Shown here: piece after piece, positions 48,083 through 57,497 of the stretch
Numbering within the stretch: the first letter of the stretch is position 1
Layout: every line of letters starts with the position of its first letter
IMG/VR virus record: IMGVR_UViG_3300028591_000075
Coordinates: 189,313 to 253,312 of that record
Reading direction: 5' to 3' (one strand)
From: a virus
Lineage: Duplodnaviria; Caudoviricetes
DNA: 64,000 nt
The notes under the pieces: model-generated
What the model saw: only the letters and a program-made list of their open reading frames with translations
What the model was told of the DNA's origin: nothing
The model's database searches: none
Position numbers and translations under genes: made by a program

Positions 48083-48592
48083 ATGTCAGATGTAATCAAG
48101 AAAGCAAAAGAACTGTCCGCGGCCAACAAGTTCCTTTACATCATCGACACCATGGCTGAAGTGGATGATGCCCAACTCGCGAGGGAACTCGGACACCACA
48201 ACTTCTACCTGTTCCACACATATTCCTTTGAACAGTGCAAGCAGTTGATGGTGATTGCGTCACGCGAGATCCCGGAAGAATTGCGTGACAAGTGCGCCTT
48301 CATCATCAACAACTTCAAGATGATGACCACTGAACGGATGATGCAGCTCGCAAACGGCGCCATTGATCCTACGGTGGAAGTCGAGGTCGAAGGTGATGTT
48401 CCGGGCGAAACCGAGACCGTCACCCAGTCCGTCGAAATCCAGGAAATGATGAAGTGCCGGAAACTCATGAAGGATCTTGCCTACACCATCCGCGACATCC
48501 GCAAGCTCGGTATCGAAGTGGATGTACTCGAAGGAATTGACAACCCGTCCCTGCTGGACATCTACCGTATGTCCGGGACATGCAACAACTAA
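48083..48592 (+). CDS. Hypothetical protein
   Basis: Promoter TTGCCG-17-TACATT at 48031-48059, GAGG RBS. Confidence 0.55.
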   Translation: MSDVIKKAKELSAANKFLYIIDTMAEVDDAQLARELGHHNFYLFHTYSFEQCKQLMVIASREIPEELRDKCAFIINNFKMMTTERMMQLANGAIDPTVEVEVEGDVPGETETVTQSVEIQEMMKCRKLMKDLAYTIRDIRKLGIEVDVLEGIDNPSLLDIYRMSGTCNN

Positions 48593-48612
48593 CCAAAAAG
48601 GAAAACAACCAA

Positions 48613-49158
48613 ATGCAATACCTCAAAATCACCCTCATCTGCCTCTTCGCAATCGCTGCCCTCATTGGCGCCTGCGTAGTGGGATGCTTCTCCTACCGCA
48701 ACTCCGCAATCTCCATGGAAGAACAGGTGAACACCGCCTTCTCCGACATCGACGTTTACCAGAAGCGCCGTGTTGACCTCCTCTACAACCTGGCGGATGC
48801 CGTCAAGAGCTACAACCAGCATGAAAGCGAGGTCATCGTGGAACTTGCCAAGGCCCGCGGTCCGAAGGAAAATTCCAACCAGCAGGTGAACGCGAGCGCA
48901 TACATCCAGGCCGTCGCTGAACGCTACCCGGACTTGAAGGCCAACCAGAACTACCGCCAGTACATGACGGAACTGGCATTGACCGAGAACAAGATTGCTG
49001 CCGTGCGCGAGAACTACAACCAGAGCGTAAAGGAATACAAGCGCTATGTCCGTTCCTTCCCGGCATCCATTTTCCTCTCGTTCACCGGGTATGAAATCCA
49101 GTCCTTCGATTACCTGAAATACGACGCACCCGCAGACGCACCGAGAAACCTCCTCTAA
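48613..49158 (+). CDS. lemA: LemA family protein
   Basis: N-terminal TM, QKRRVDLLYNL, AERYPDLKAN, TENKIAAVRENYN, SFPASI. Confidence 0.88.
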   Translation: MQYLKITLICLFAIAALIGACVVGCFSYRNSAISMEEQVNTAFSDIDVYQKRRVDLLYNLADAVKSYNQHESEVIVELAKARGPKENSNQQVNASAYIQAVAERYPDLKANQNYRQYMTELALTENKIAAVRENYNQSVKEYKRYVRSFPASIFLSFTGYEIQSFDYLKYDAPADAPRNLL

Positions 49159-49159
49159 T

Positions 49160-49891
49160 ATGAACGATATCGAAGTCACATTCCGAGAAGTCATCTTCTC
49201 CATCGGCATCATCGGCCTCGCCCTGATGCTCGGCATCAAGATTGCCGACGCAATCGACAACCACATGCGCGACAAGAATGCCGTGTACACCAAGGCCGTC
49301 CAGATTAACAACGACTCCTTGCAGTTCAACTACGTCTTCGCAACGAATTACGGTTCCACTTTCGCCTATGGGACACTGTCCGCTATCGGCGAGGCGAAGG
49401 ACGAGAACGTAAGCGGGGTCATGTCCATCAGGCGCGAACTGGAAAGGTACACCAAGCATCACCGCACCGTGTGCGAGGGAGAGGGCAAGGACCGCCATTG
49501 TCATGAGGAAACATACTGGACCTGGGACCACCAGAAGACTGACGTGTTCAGCGTGGCGAATGTGCGCTTCATCGGCAAGGTGTTTCGTTTCGACGAATTC
49601 CCCTACCGGGACTATGACTACTACAAGACAATCCCGTGCGGCTACCATCTGCGCTACGTGTACCATACGATGCCGTTGCAGGTATCGGGAACGCTGTTCG
49701 CGATTATCGACAACCACCGCATGAACAAGGCCGAATTCAAACCTGGTGTCACCATCGACAAGGCCCGCGATGCCTATGTCAGTGTCCACCACCGGCTGAT
49801 ATTCTGGATTGTCTACATGATTTTACTCATTGCCGGCGTAATCGGGTTCGTATCGCTCGAAAACGACTGGCTCGAAGACAAGAGGTACTAA
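49160..49891 (+). CDS. Two-TM membrane protein adjacent to LemA
   Basis: N- and C-terminal TM helices, ERYTKHHRTV..TYWTWD. Confidence 0.6.
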   Translation: MNDIEVTFREVIFSIGIIGLALMLGIKIADAIDNHMRDKNAVYTKAVQINNDSLQFNYVFATNYGSTFAYGTLSAIGEAKDENVSGVMSIRRELERYTKHHRTVCEGEGKDRHCHEETYWTWDHQKTDVFSVANVRFIGKVFRFDEFPYRDYDYYKTIPCGYHLRYVYHTMPLQVSGTLFAIIDNHRMNKAEFKPGVTIDKARDAYVSVHHRLIFWIVYMILLIAGVIGFVSLENDWLEDKRY

Positions 49892-49892
49892 T

Positions 49893-50357
49893 ATGGACGT
49901 AGGATCTAACGGCTCTTATCCCTCTAACGCCCTGAGCAACTTTGCCGCGCACGAGTTCGTAATCGACGGCGTACGCTGCGCCTCGATGGAAGGCTTCCTG
50001 CAGTCGCTCAAATTCGCGAACCCGGACATGCAGGTACATATCTGCTCCCTCATCGGCATCGCCGCGAAGCGGGCCGGTAGCGAGAAGGACTGGAAGAAGC
50101 ACCAGACACTCTACTGGCGCGGCCAGAAGATCGGGCGCCGGTCGAAGGAATACCAGGACCTCCTGGACCGCGCATACCTCGCGCTGTTCCAGAACGAGGG
50201 CTTCCGCAACGCGCTCCGGGCAGCCGGCAACGCGACATTCACCCACAGTGTCGGAAAGCGCAAGGAGGGCGAGACCGTTCTCACCATCCGCGAGTTCTGC
50301 CACCGTCTCAACTGGCTCAGGGGAATGCTTCCCTCGAAGGCCGCAGCATTGGTATAG
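49893..50357 (+). CDS. NADAR-family protein (T4 gp30.3-like)
   Basis: LSNFAAHEFVIDG..SMEGFLQSLKF..LYWRG..TVLT..EF. Confidence 0.75.
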   Translation: MDVGSNGSYPSNALSNFAAHEFVIDGVRCASMEGFLQSLKFANPDMQVHICSLIGIAAKRAGSEKDWKKHQTLYWRGQKIGRRSKEYQDLLDRAYLALFQNEGFRNALRAAGNATFTHSVGKRKEGETVLTIREFCHRLNWLRGMLPSKAAALV

Positions 50358-50367
50358 GAGAACCACC

Positions 50368-50904
50368 ATGACCAAGAACGAACATGAAATCGCAGAGACC
50401 CTGTATCAGTTCCAGAGTACAATCGACCACATGAAGTATGTGAGCGGCCTGCTCGGCAAAATCTTCCAGTTGCCGATGGATAAGCAGCTTTCCGCATTGC
50501 GCGAACTGTTCTTCAACCACTACGAGACTACCGGGCGCGGCATGCTGGAAAAGATGGACGATTTCATCAGGGAAGGCGAAATGTTTCTTACCAGAGACGC
50601 TGTCTCGTGTCTCCTTGACGAATTGAGGGATGAATGGGGACCGGAACTCACGGTAAACAATGCCATCATGTCCCCTATTAGCGTCTACAAGGAAGGCAAG
50701 CTGGTCGGCATCGCCCGTAACGCCGAGGCCCTCATGTCCGTACAGAACCAAGTCAGGGAAAAGCACCTCAAAGGATACTACCTGGTTTGTGATGGGAACA
50801 AGTACGACATTGACGAGAACGGGCACATCGACGAGCCGACACAAGGTACCCTCATCAACAATCATGCGCTCGAAGTCCTGAAAGAACTTGCGGGAAATAA
50901 GTAA
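50368..50904 (+). CDS. Hypothetical protein
   Basis: AGGAG RBS. Confidence 0.55.
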   Translation: MTKNEHEIAETLYQFQSTIDHMKYVSGLLGKIFQLPMDKQLSALRELFFNHYETTGRGMLEKMDDFIREGEMFLTRDAVSCLLDELRDEWGPELTVNNAIMSPISVYKEGKLVGIARNAEALMSVQNQVREKHLKGYYLVCDGNKYDIDENGHIDEPTQGTLINNHALEVLKELAGNK

Positions 50905-50905
50905 T

Positions 50906-51184
50906 ATGGAAGAATGGTCCGAATGGCAGGATTTGGAGGGCCGTTTCCTATCTTGCGAAGTTTCCTTTGCGTTTCCGTATGACTGGGACATCCATGAAAC
51001 AGAATACCGGTTGAAGGACGGGAGTATCGTGTCCGGACAAGTATGGGCGGGCGAGGAACCGTTCACATACACCGATTCCGACGGTGACGAGGTGGTTGAC
51101 TATGACAAGCAGTGGTACATCGAGGGCCCAGATGGAAAACCCATTGACGAACAGTCCGTAGTTGCATGGAGATACAAGAAATGA
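50906..51184 (+). CDS. Acidic hypothetical protein
   Basis: Operon packing, C-terminal VVAWRY. Confidence 0.5.
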   Translation: MEEWSEWQDLEGRFLSCEVSFAFPYDWDIHETEYRLKDGSIVSGQVWAGEEPFTYTDSDGDEVVDYDKQWYIEGPDGKPIDEQSVVAWRYKK

Positions 51185-51192
51185 GAGATGGT

Positions 51193-51483
51193 ATGGCTAA
51201 AATCACAATGTGCATCGCGGTGTCGCTATTCGGCACCCTGGCCGGAATGTGCATCGGCTACATGGCCTTCGTCAACGGTGGTCCAGGCTACTCGACCGAC
51301 AACGCCTGGCGCATCTGCAGCTCGTGGAGCGGCAAGTGCGCAATTTATCCGTTCAACGAATGGAAACGCGAAGGTGACACTTACTATCACCGTAAGGATC
51401 CGACCAAGTTCCTGCGTGTCAACAAATGGTCATATCGTGTCACCAAGGTCAAGGTTGGCGCCGATGGACAACTGGTGGAGTAG
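51193..51483 (+). CDS. Small membrane-anchored protein
   Basis: N-terminal hydrophobic helix. Confidence 0.45.
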   Translation: MAKITMCIAVSLFGTLAGMCIGYMAFVNGGPGYSTDNAWRICSSWSGKCAIYPFNEWKREGDTYYHRKDPTKFLRVNKWSYRVTKVKVGADGQLVE

Positions 51484-51486
51484 AAC

Positions 51487-51699
51487 ATGACACGAAAGGA
51501 CGTTATATTCTTCAGCATACTCGCCGTCTGGGTGGTCTTCATATTCGTCATAATCGTTGGCGGGGATGCCCTCGGTATCGAACATGCCGACACACTTCTG
51601 CTCGGTGGCGAACTGGCATTCATATTCATCATGACTGCGGTGCTCGTCGTTGCAAAATTGGTCCGCCGGTTCGGGGAATGGCTGGACACTGAAATCTAA
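51487..51699 (+). CDS. Small 2-TM protein
   Basis: GGAG RBS, two TM helices. Confidence 0.5.
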   Translation: MTRKDVIFFSILAVWVVFIFVIIVGGDALGIEHADTLLLGGELAFIFIMTAVLVVAKLVRRFGEWLDTEI

Positions 51700-51710
51700 G
51701 GAGATACAAC

Positions 51711-52574
51711 ATGCTATCACAGGAACGAAAGTCTGAACTGCTCAAAGGCATCAAGGCCGAGCTAAACAACTACCATGCCGCCAAGGCTGACTTAGACAAA
51801 TACTGGGAAGACCGAAAGGCCCATATCCACAATCTCAAACGGGACATCATGTGCCTCACCCATGGCGAGGACCTGGTGAAGAAAATCGAGGGCTACGTCG
51901 GACAGCGCATCATGCACGACCATGGCGATTCTGTTGAAATTATCATGGTTGATGACATCAAGTTCATGAAGTGGGAAATCCGGTTCCATGGTACCGGCAT
52001 CCAGCTGTACGACGATGGCCGTTCCTGGAGTTCCAGTGGTTTCGACATCAGATATGAGGATTTTCCTGGAGAGATCGACACGCGCGTGAAGCCGGAACCG
52101 ATAACCCTCGTTACCGATGCATCAATCAACCAGATAGTGGAAAAACTCGAATCTGAGCGTGACGCGAAGATTGCCAAGTACCGCGACGAGGTCAAGGCCA
52201 AGTATGCTGCCATCATCAGCCAGATCAAGACCTGCGGTCTCGACCCCGATAAATACAAGAAGGAAACCCCCAAGGAAAAGCTCCTCAAATTGCGCCACGA
52301 GGAGGATGAACTCTATGACGAGACCGGCTTCCGCATGAGCGATCTTGTCAGGTGGTTCGGTTCCGACGAGGACAAGGCCGCGTTCCGCAAGGAAGTGAAG
52401 GAACTCATCTCTGCGCCGGATGAATGCCGTGACAAGGTGATACCTGCCGACGGGAGGCCAGCCGACGAGGAAATCGATGAAGCCGTCGATTCCATGACGG
52501 AAGAAATGTGCGATGCAGCGCCGGAATCAGACGAACTGTTCGATGTCCTTCCCGGCTTCAACGAACGAAATTAG
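51711..52574 (+). CDS. Hypothetical coiled-coil protein
   Basis: AAGGAG RBS, 287 aa. Confidence 0.6.
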   Translation: MLSQERKSELLKGIKAELNNYHAAKADLDKYWEDRKAHIHNLKRDIMCLTHGEDLVKKIEGYVGQRIMHDHGDSVEIIMVDDIKFMKWEIRFHGTGIQLYDDGRSWSSSGFDIRYEDFPGEIDTRVKPEPITLVTDASINQIVEKLESERDAKIAKYRDEVKAKYAAIISQIKTCGLDPDKYKKETPKEKLLKLRHEEDELYDETGFRMSDLVRWFGSDEDKAAFRKEVKELISAPDECRDKVIPADGRPADEEIDEAVDSMTEEMCDAAPESDELFDVLPGFNERN

Positions 52575-52603
52575 CCATCATTGAAATTATTTCATAAACC
52601 CCG

Positions 52604-52632
52604 TTGCCAACGCGACGGGGCTTTGCTATATT
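52604..52632 (+). promoter_or_regulatory. Host-sigma-type promoter heading the operon that ends in the type V effector and CRISPR array
   Basis: TTGCCA-17-TATATT-6 nt-ATG. Downstream genes abut or overlap through 57484. Confidence 0.65.
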
Positions 52633-52638
52633 TTGAAC

Positions 52639-53271
52639 ATGGAACTAAATCAAGTATTGGACTTACAGCTCACACAGGAAGAAGTTGACATGATGTCGGA
52701 ACTCCTCCGTTCCGGAAATGCCCCCAAGATCCTGTTCCTCATGATGCGTTCCTTCGCCTCCCGTTCCGACGAGAACGTGAAGTTCCTCATGAAGACAATC
52801 ACCGAACTCGCCAACACGACCATCGACCGCGCAAACACCGCGGTACTCAAGAAGCAGAAGGTCATCGAGTCCATGGAGGCCATCATGCCACTTGGCCTCA
52901 CCAAGTACCCGTACGGAAATGCCGGCGTGCTCACCTACATCCTATCCCAGTGCAACTTCAAGGAACTCTACAATCCCGAAGAGCCATACCTTGCACTCGC
53001 AAGCCGGCACATGACCGGTAGCCCAATGGGCCGCCTGATGATTCCCCAGTTCAAGGAACTCCTCGATAAGGGCGATGCCCTCTGGAAGGACAGCGCGTGG
53101 CTCTGCATCGACCTGATGGGCTACGGCGACGAATGCCGCGACATGGTGCAGTGGTGCCTCGACAACCGCGACAAATGGGACAATATCGACGATTTCCGGC
53201 CCATGGTCGCAATCACCGAGAAGTCCAAGAGGGGCAGGAAGCTCAAGGAGGCCCAGGATGACACTCCCTAG
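52639..53271 (+). CDS. Hypothetical protein
   Basis: Leaderless start after promoter. Confidence 0.6.
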   Translation: MELNQVLDLQLTQEEVDMMSELLRSGNAPKILFLMMRSFASRSDENVKFLMKTITELANTTIDRANTAVLKKQKVIESMEAIMPLGLTKYPYGNAGVLTYILSQCNFKELYNPEEPYLALASRHMTGSPMGRLMIPQFKELLDKGDALWKDSAWLCIDLMGYGDECRDMVQWCLDNRDKWDNIDDFRPMVAITEKSKRGRKLKEAQDDTP

Positions 53272-53683
53272 ACCAGTAAACGGCATTCCGGGCACCGATG
53301 CCCCATTCGACGTGGTTGACATGCTGGACCGTCCCGGTCGCTTCGAGATCGTGGACAAGGAGACCGGCGAAATCATCGACAACGCCAACGGCTACGGATA
53401 CAAGACCAAGACCAACGCCTACAAGGCCGGCTGGTTCAAGTTCGGCGGTGGCAAGAAGAAGATTGATGACGCGGTTGCCTGGTGGCACATGCCGGAACAC
53501 CGGGAATTCCGGGAATACCTGTCCGAATGGGCATCGCAGCTGTTATACGAATGCCGAGACATTCATCAGTCGACGGCCAATATCGGAAAGTACCTGGCAG
53601 CACGGGCGGATGATTACGCCAAGGAACACGGCATCGAGGACTACAAGCCGGAATACTTCAAATCATGGGATATCGAGTTATGA
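53258..53683 (+). CDS. Hypothetical phage protein
   Basis: IVDKETGEIIDNANGYGYKT motif, AGGAGG RBS. Confidence 0.55.
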   Translation: MTLPRPVNGIPGTDAPFDVVDMLDRPGRFEIVDKETGEIIDNANGYGYKTKTNAYKAGWFKFGGGKKKIDDAVAWWHMPEHREFREYLSEWASQLLYECRDIHQSTANIGKYLAARADDYAKEHGIEDYKPEYFKSWDIEL

Positions 53684-54147
53684 CAAAGCGCACCAAGGAA
53701 CACTGTGAGAAAGTCGCCCGCACGTGCAAGACCATGAAGGAATTCTGGTCCACTTGCCGCAGTGCCGCAACGAAGGCACAGCAGGAAGGGTGGATCGACT
53801 CGTATACCTGGCTCGCCAGGGAACGGGTGAAGCGCAACTCCCTCGACGAGGAAGAGTGCCGGCGCATCGCCAAGAAGTTCAAGACCATACGTGACTTCCG
53901 TACCAAGGCCCCCTCCGCCTACGTCACTGCAAACAGGCACGGCTGGCTCCAGTCGTTCACCTGGCTCGAAAGGGAAGTCGGCGTCAAGCACTACCGTACC
54001 AAGGACGATATCGTCAAGGTCGCACGCAAGTGCAAGACCATGAAGGAATTCCGTGAACAGTACCCCAACGAGTACCGCTACGCATGGGCACATGGGTGGC
54101 TCGAAGAATGTACATGGCTCAAACGGGAAAGGCCGGGGAGGAAGTGA
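53680..54147 (+). CDS. Basic protein of three ~50-aa repeats (putative DNA-binding)
   Basis: Three copies of AxxCKTxxEF....SAYxxA...GWL....WLxR. Confidence 0.6.
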   Translation: MTKRTKEHCEKVARTCKTMKEFWSTCRSAATKAQQEGWIDSYTWLARERVKRNSLDEEECRRIAKKFKTIRDFRTKAPSAYVTANRHGWLQSFTWLEREVGVKHYRTKDDIVKVARKCKTMKEFREQYPNEYRYAWAHGWLEECTWLKRERPGRK

Positions 54148-54419
54148 TGGCAAACGACAAGCTACTACCAGTGGAAGAAAGGTTCCGGATGCTCATGGGG
54201 AACATCCAGGCCGGCCTCGCCATATTTAGCGCCTCACTCGTGCTCAAAAGGGAAACCGACGAGAACTGGAACGACGCGGCAAACCTATACGCCGTGTTCG
54301 ATGACGCCCCCGAGAAACCCATGTTCATCATGAAAGTGGTGAGTGGAATGGCAAGCATCAGGCGCCTGCCCATCGCCCTCGATACCAATGTACCGGAACA
54401 GACAACCGTAAATACCTAA
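54147..54419 (+). CDS. Small hypothetical protein
   Basis: TGATG overlap, GGAGG RBS. Confidence 0.5.
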   Translation: MANDKLLPVEERFRMLMGNIQAGLAIFSASLVLKRETDENWNDAANLYAVFDDAPEKPMFIMKVVSGMASIRRLPIALDTNVPEQTTVNT

Positions 54420-54439
54420 CAGACAAGGAGATACATCCT

Positions 54440-54655
54440 ATGCAGTTCAAGCTCACCTACACAGTCTCCAGGACTTTCGAAATCCCCGATGGCGCCTCCG
54501 ACGAGGAATATGACGCCATGAAGGAAACCGTCATCACCGGCATCGTCGGCGACCGCAGCAACAACGCGGTCGAGGGAACCGTCAAGGTAGAACGCCTCGA
54601 CACCCCGCCGGTGCAGCCCCCCAAGTACGAAACCAACATGGACGCGGTGGACTGA
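54440..54655 (+). CDS. Small acidic hypothetical protein
   Basis: AAGGAG RBS. Confidence 0.5.
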   Translation: MQFKLTYTVSRTFEIPDGASDEEYDAMKETVITGIVGDRSNNAVEGTVKVERLDTPPVQPPKYETNMDAVD

Positions 54656-54885
54656 TGGCAGACAATCCGAACATCTGGTACGCCGTGTTCATCGATCCCC
54701 GCGGAAAGCAGTACGCGGAGGACGATATGCAGCGTACCGTGTTCTTCCAGTTCGACCAGGCCCATACGGTCCTCGACCTCGCCCGCGATGCCCTCAGGAA
54801 ACGTTGGCCCGAAATCGCCGACAAGGCCCGCATGGTACAGCTCGCCGCATGGGGCCACGGGCTCAAGGGAATACCAAAATTCTAA
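54655..54885 (+). CDS. Small hypothetical protein directly upstream of the Cas12-like gene
   Basis: TGATG overlap. Confidence 0.5.
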   Translation: MADNPNIWYAVFIDPRGKQYAEDDMQRTVFFQFDQAHTVLDLARDALRKRWPEIADKARMVQLAAWGHGLKGIPKF

Positions 54886-54907
54886 TAAACCGGAGAACTC
54901 ACCAAAC

Positions 54908-57484
54908 ATGAAACACCAGTACAAACCCAAGAAATGCAAGTTCATCGAACACCGTGCAGTAAAGTTCGACCGGGAAACCGGCAATCCGAAACTGGATGCA
55001 AGCGGGGCCGAAATTCCGTTCACCGAAAACCGTACCGCGGTGTGCAAGATTAACCCGAAGTCCGTCGATCCGAGACTCCTGGAAACCTTCGATGCCTCCA
55101 AGGAAACAATCAACGACATCCTCGCCAACATGTCCGAACACTGGTTCGATGTCTACACGGTCGAATCCGGTGTCAAGAACGACATGAAGAAGTTCACCAT
55201 CATGGACCTCTATGCCGGCGCAGTCCCTGGGGACATCCTGAAAGGCGAATTCACCCTCGTCCACGGAAGGAAGCGCGTACTGGTGAAGAAGACGATTACC
55301 GGGTATGTCACCCGTGAACTCATGGCGCCCCAGGAGGACGACGGCTTCATCCTGTGCGACCGAGAACAGTTCATCAACTCCCTCAACCGGAAGACGGACA
55401 AGATTTTCGGCGAGGAAACCTCCATTCCGGCAAAGTGGTGGTGCGATACCATCTGCGGCGACCTTGACACGATGTTGAAGGGTTATGCCCAGTGCGTACT
55501 CGGCATGAGCGATACCGACGATGGCAAGTGGAGGACCGCTGTCCGCGAAGTGTCCGAAAGCATCTACGGCAACGAATTCTCCCGGAAACATGCCGAGCGA
55601 ACCATCATCAAGCTCGGCCCTCAGCACCTCAGGCACGTAAACGGCCTGATGCCGGACACTTCCGTCATCCAATGGCCCATCTCGTGCAAGATCTGCGGTG
55701 AGAATGCCACAATCACCGAACCCGACTTCGCCAAGGAACCTAAACTCAAACGACTGTACCTGGCCTCCATGAAGGCATTCGAGCGCATCGTGAAGGAATC
55801 GTTCCCAAAGAAGAACGTGTTCAAGCCGAACATCCCGATGCTGCCCAGGGATTCCGTCAAGAAACTGGACGGCTACTACAACTATTCCGCCGAACTCCTC
55901 TATATCCCCGGTCCCAAGAAGGCAAGTCGCTTCCGTGTCGAATTCCGGGCAAAGTCCGACCGTACCGGGAACGACTACTACCCGAAGGACCTGTTCAAGT
56001 ACACCTCCGAGTGCATAATCCCGCGCTTCTCCATGCTGAAATCCACCGGGGCCATGACACTCAACATACCGTACACCGTCCCGTGCCAGAAGCCCTTCAT
56101 GTCCCAGGATGCCGAAATCAACTGGGACGCCGGCCTCGGCATCGACCTCGGATATGCAAGGTTCGCCATGGTGCTCTCGAAACCCGCTTCCAAGTATCCC
56201 GGAATGGTCAACTGGAACGAAGCCCTTGACTGGTTCTCCAAGAAGTATGGCCTCGATGTCCTCAATGCCCACTGCTCCAAGGCGACCCGGAAGGAAATCG
56301 AAGACATGATTGCCGAGGAACGGGATGGAAAGGCCACCATGGGCGCCATCTTCCTCCTCGGGGTACGCGACGGGAACCCTCCAGACATCCAGCACGACTG
56401 GCGCCCGTCCCATGACCCCATGGCCACCCTGTTCACCAGGATGGAACGCAGGACCGACAAGGACGGCTCCCCGTTCTACTCCGAACAGCAGCTCGCCATC
56501 ATCGGCCACACCAAGACCTTCCGCATCCAGATGCGCCAGATCTTCGCCAACCGCATCGAATACTACCACCGCCAGTCCGAATGGGACCTCAACCATTCCG
56601 AGGAACAGGTGTTCGCCAGGGAATCCGAGGTCGCCAAGGCCCTTGCCGCAAGGTACGACTTCCTTAACGAATCCATCCGCTGCATTACCCAGAGGTTCAT
56701 TTCCGACATCCTGACATCTGATGGGGCGTTCAGGCCGGCGTTCATCGCCATGGAGGACCTGAACCTCAACGAGCTGGAGAAGGACAGCTCCTTCAAGTCC
56801 CTATACATGACAATCACGGGAGACTGGGGCATCGATCCCCGCCAGGATTACAAGGTCTCCGTCCGGAAGGGACGCACCGTCGCAGAAATCACATATCCCG
56901 AGGGCAAGAAGCCCCCCAGGCCCGCGCAGTTCCCCAAGGTGTTCCCGGCTACCGAGCACTGGAACACCCCCGCTAGGATCTCCGCCAAGGGACAGACCAT
57001 CGTCATCGCGTGCACCCCTACCAGCAAGGGAACGGTGGCCATGGCACGCGACAGCATCGAGTGCTACACCAAGAAGGCGCTCCATATCGCCCTCATCAAG
57101 CACGATGTCGAGCGCCTGTGCACCCACATGGGCATCCTGTTCCGCGAGGTATCCGCCAAGTTCACATCCCAGACATGCGACTGCTGCGGAAACGCCAAGG
57201 CGGTATCCCATGACCCGTCTGAAAATGGTTTCGACCCCTGTGCCTCGATGCGGGCCATGAAGGAAGGGAAGAACTTCCGCTTCAAGCGTACCTTCATCTG
57301 CGGCAACCCGGCGTGCCCGATGTGCCAGGTCTCCGTCAATGCCGACAGCAACGCGGCATCCGTCATCTGCCACATGGTCAGGAACGGGAAATCCGACTAT
57401 TTCAAGGACAAGCGTGCCAAGTTCAAGGCACCGAAGGTCCAAAAGGAGACAAAGAAATCATCTAAGTCCAAGAAGGACAAGTAG
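54908..57484 (+). CDS. cas12: Type V CRISPR effector (Cas12-family RuvC nuclease, 858 aa)
   Basis: RuvC-I LGIDLG, RuvC-II IAMEDL, TSQTCDCC..CGNPAC zinc finger, RuvC-III NADSNAA. GGAG RBS before MKHQYK. CRISPR array 13 bp after the stop. Confidence 0.9.
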   Translation: MKHQYKPKKCKFIEHRAVKFDRETGNPKLDASGAEIPFTENRTAVCKINPKSVDPRLLETFDASKETINDILANMSEHWFDVYTVESGVKNDMKKFTIMDLYAGAVPGDILKGEFTLVHGRKRVLVKKTITGYVTRELMAPQEDDGFILCDREQFINSLNRKTDKIFGEETSIPAKWWCDTICGDLDTMLKGYAQCVLGMSDTDDGKWRTAVREVSESIYGNEFSRKHAERTIIKLGPQHLRHVNGLMPDTSVIQWPISCKICGENATITEPDFAKEPKLKRLYLASMKAFERIVKESFPKKNVFKPNIPMLPRDSVKKLDGYYNYSAELLYIPGPKKASRFRVEFRAKSDRTGNDYYPKDLFKYTSECIIPRFSMLKSTGAMTLNIPYTVPCQKPFMSQDAEINWDAGLGIDLGYARFAMVLSKPASKYPGMVNWNEALDWFSKKYGLDVLNAHCSKATRKEIEDMIAEERDGKATMGAIFLLGVRDGNPPDIQHDWRPSHDPMATLFTRMERRTDKDGSPFYSEQQLAIIGHTKTFRIQMRQIFANRIEYYHRQSEWDLNHSEEQVFARESEVAKALAARYDFLNESIRCITQRFISDILTSDGAFRPAFIAMEDLNLNELEKDSSFKSLYMTITGDWGIDPRQDYKVSVRKGRTVAEITYPEGKKPPRPAQFPKVFPATEHWNTPARISAKGQTIVIACTPTSKGTVAMARDSIECYTKKALHIALIKHDVERLCTHMGILFREVSAKFTSQTCDCCGNAKAVSHDPSENGFDPCASMRAMKEGKNFRFKRTFICGNPACPMCQVSVNADSNAASVICHMVRNGKSDYFKDKRAKFKAPKVQKETKKSSKSKKDK

Positions 57485-57497
57485 TTATGACAAGTAT

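Noticed and set aside
54788-54907. ORF-track N-terminal extension of the effector (898 aa)
   Set aside because: It overlaps the upstream gene. GGAG precedes ATG 54908, giving 858 aa.
14874-56596. Long antisense ORFs (e.g. 14874-15842, 33760-34986, 54899-56596)
   Set aside because: Shadows of well-supported + strand genes caused by codon bias. No motifs or RBS.
54908-57484. IS200/IS605 TnpB or transposon interpretation
   Set aside because: About twice the TnpB length, no tnpA or IS ends seen, and directly abutting a CRISPR array.
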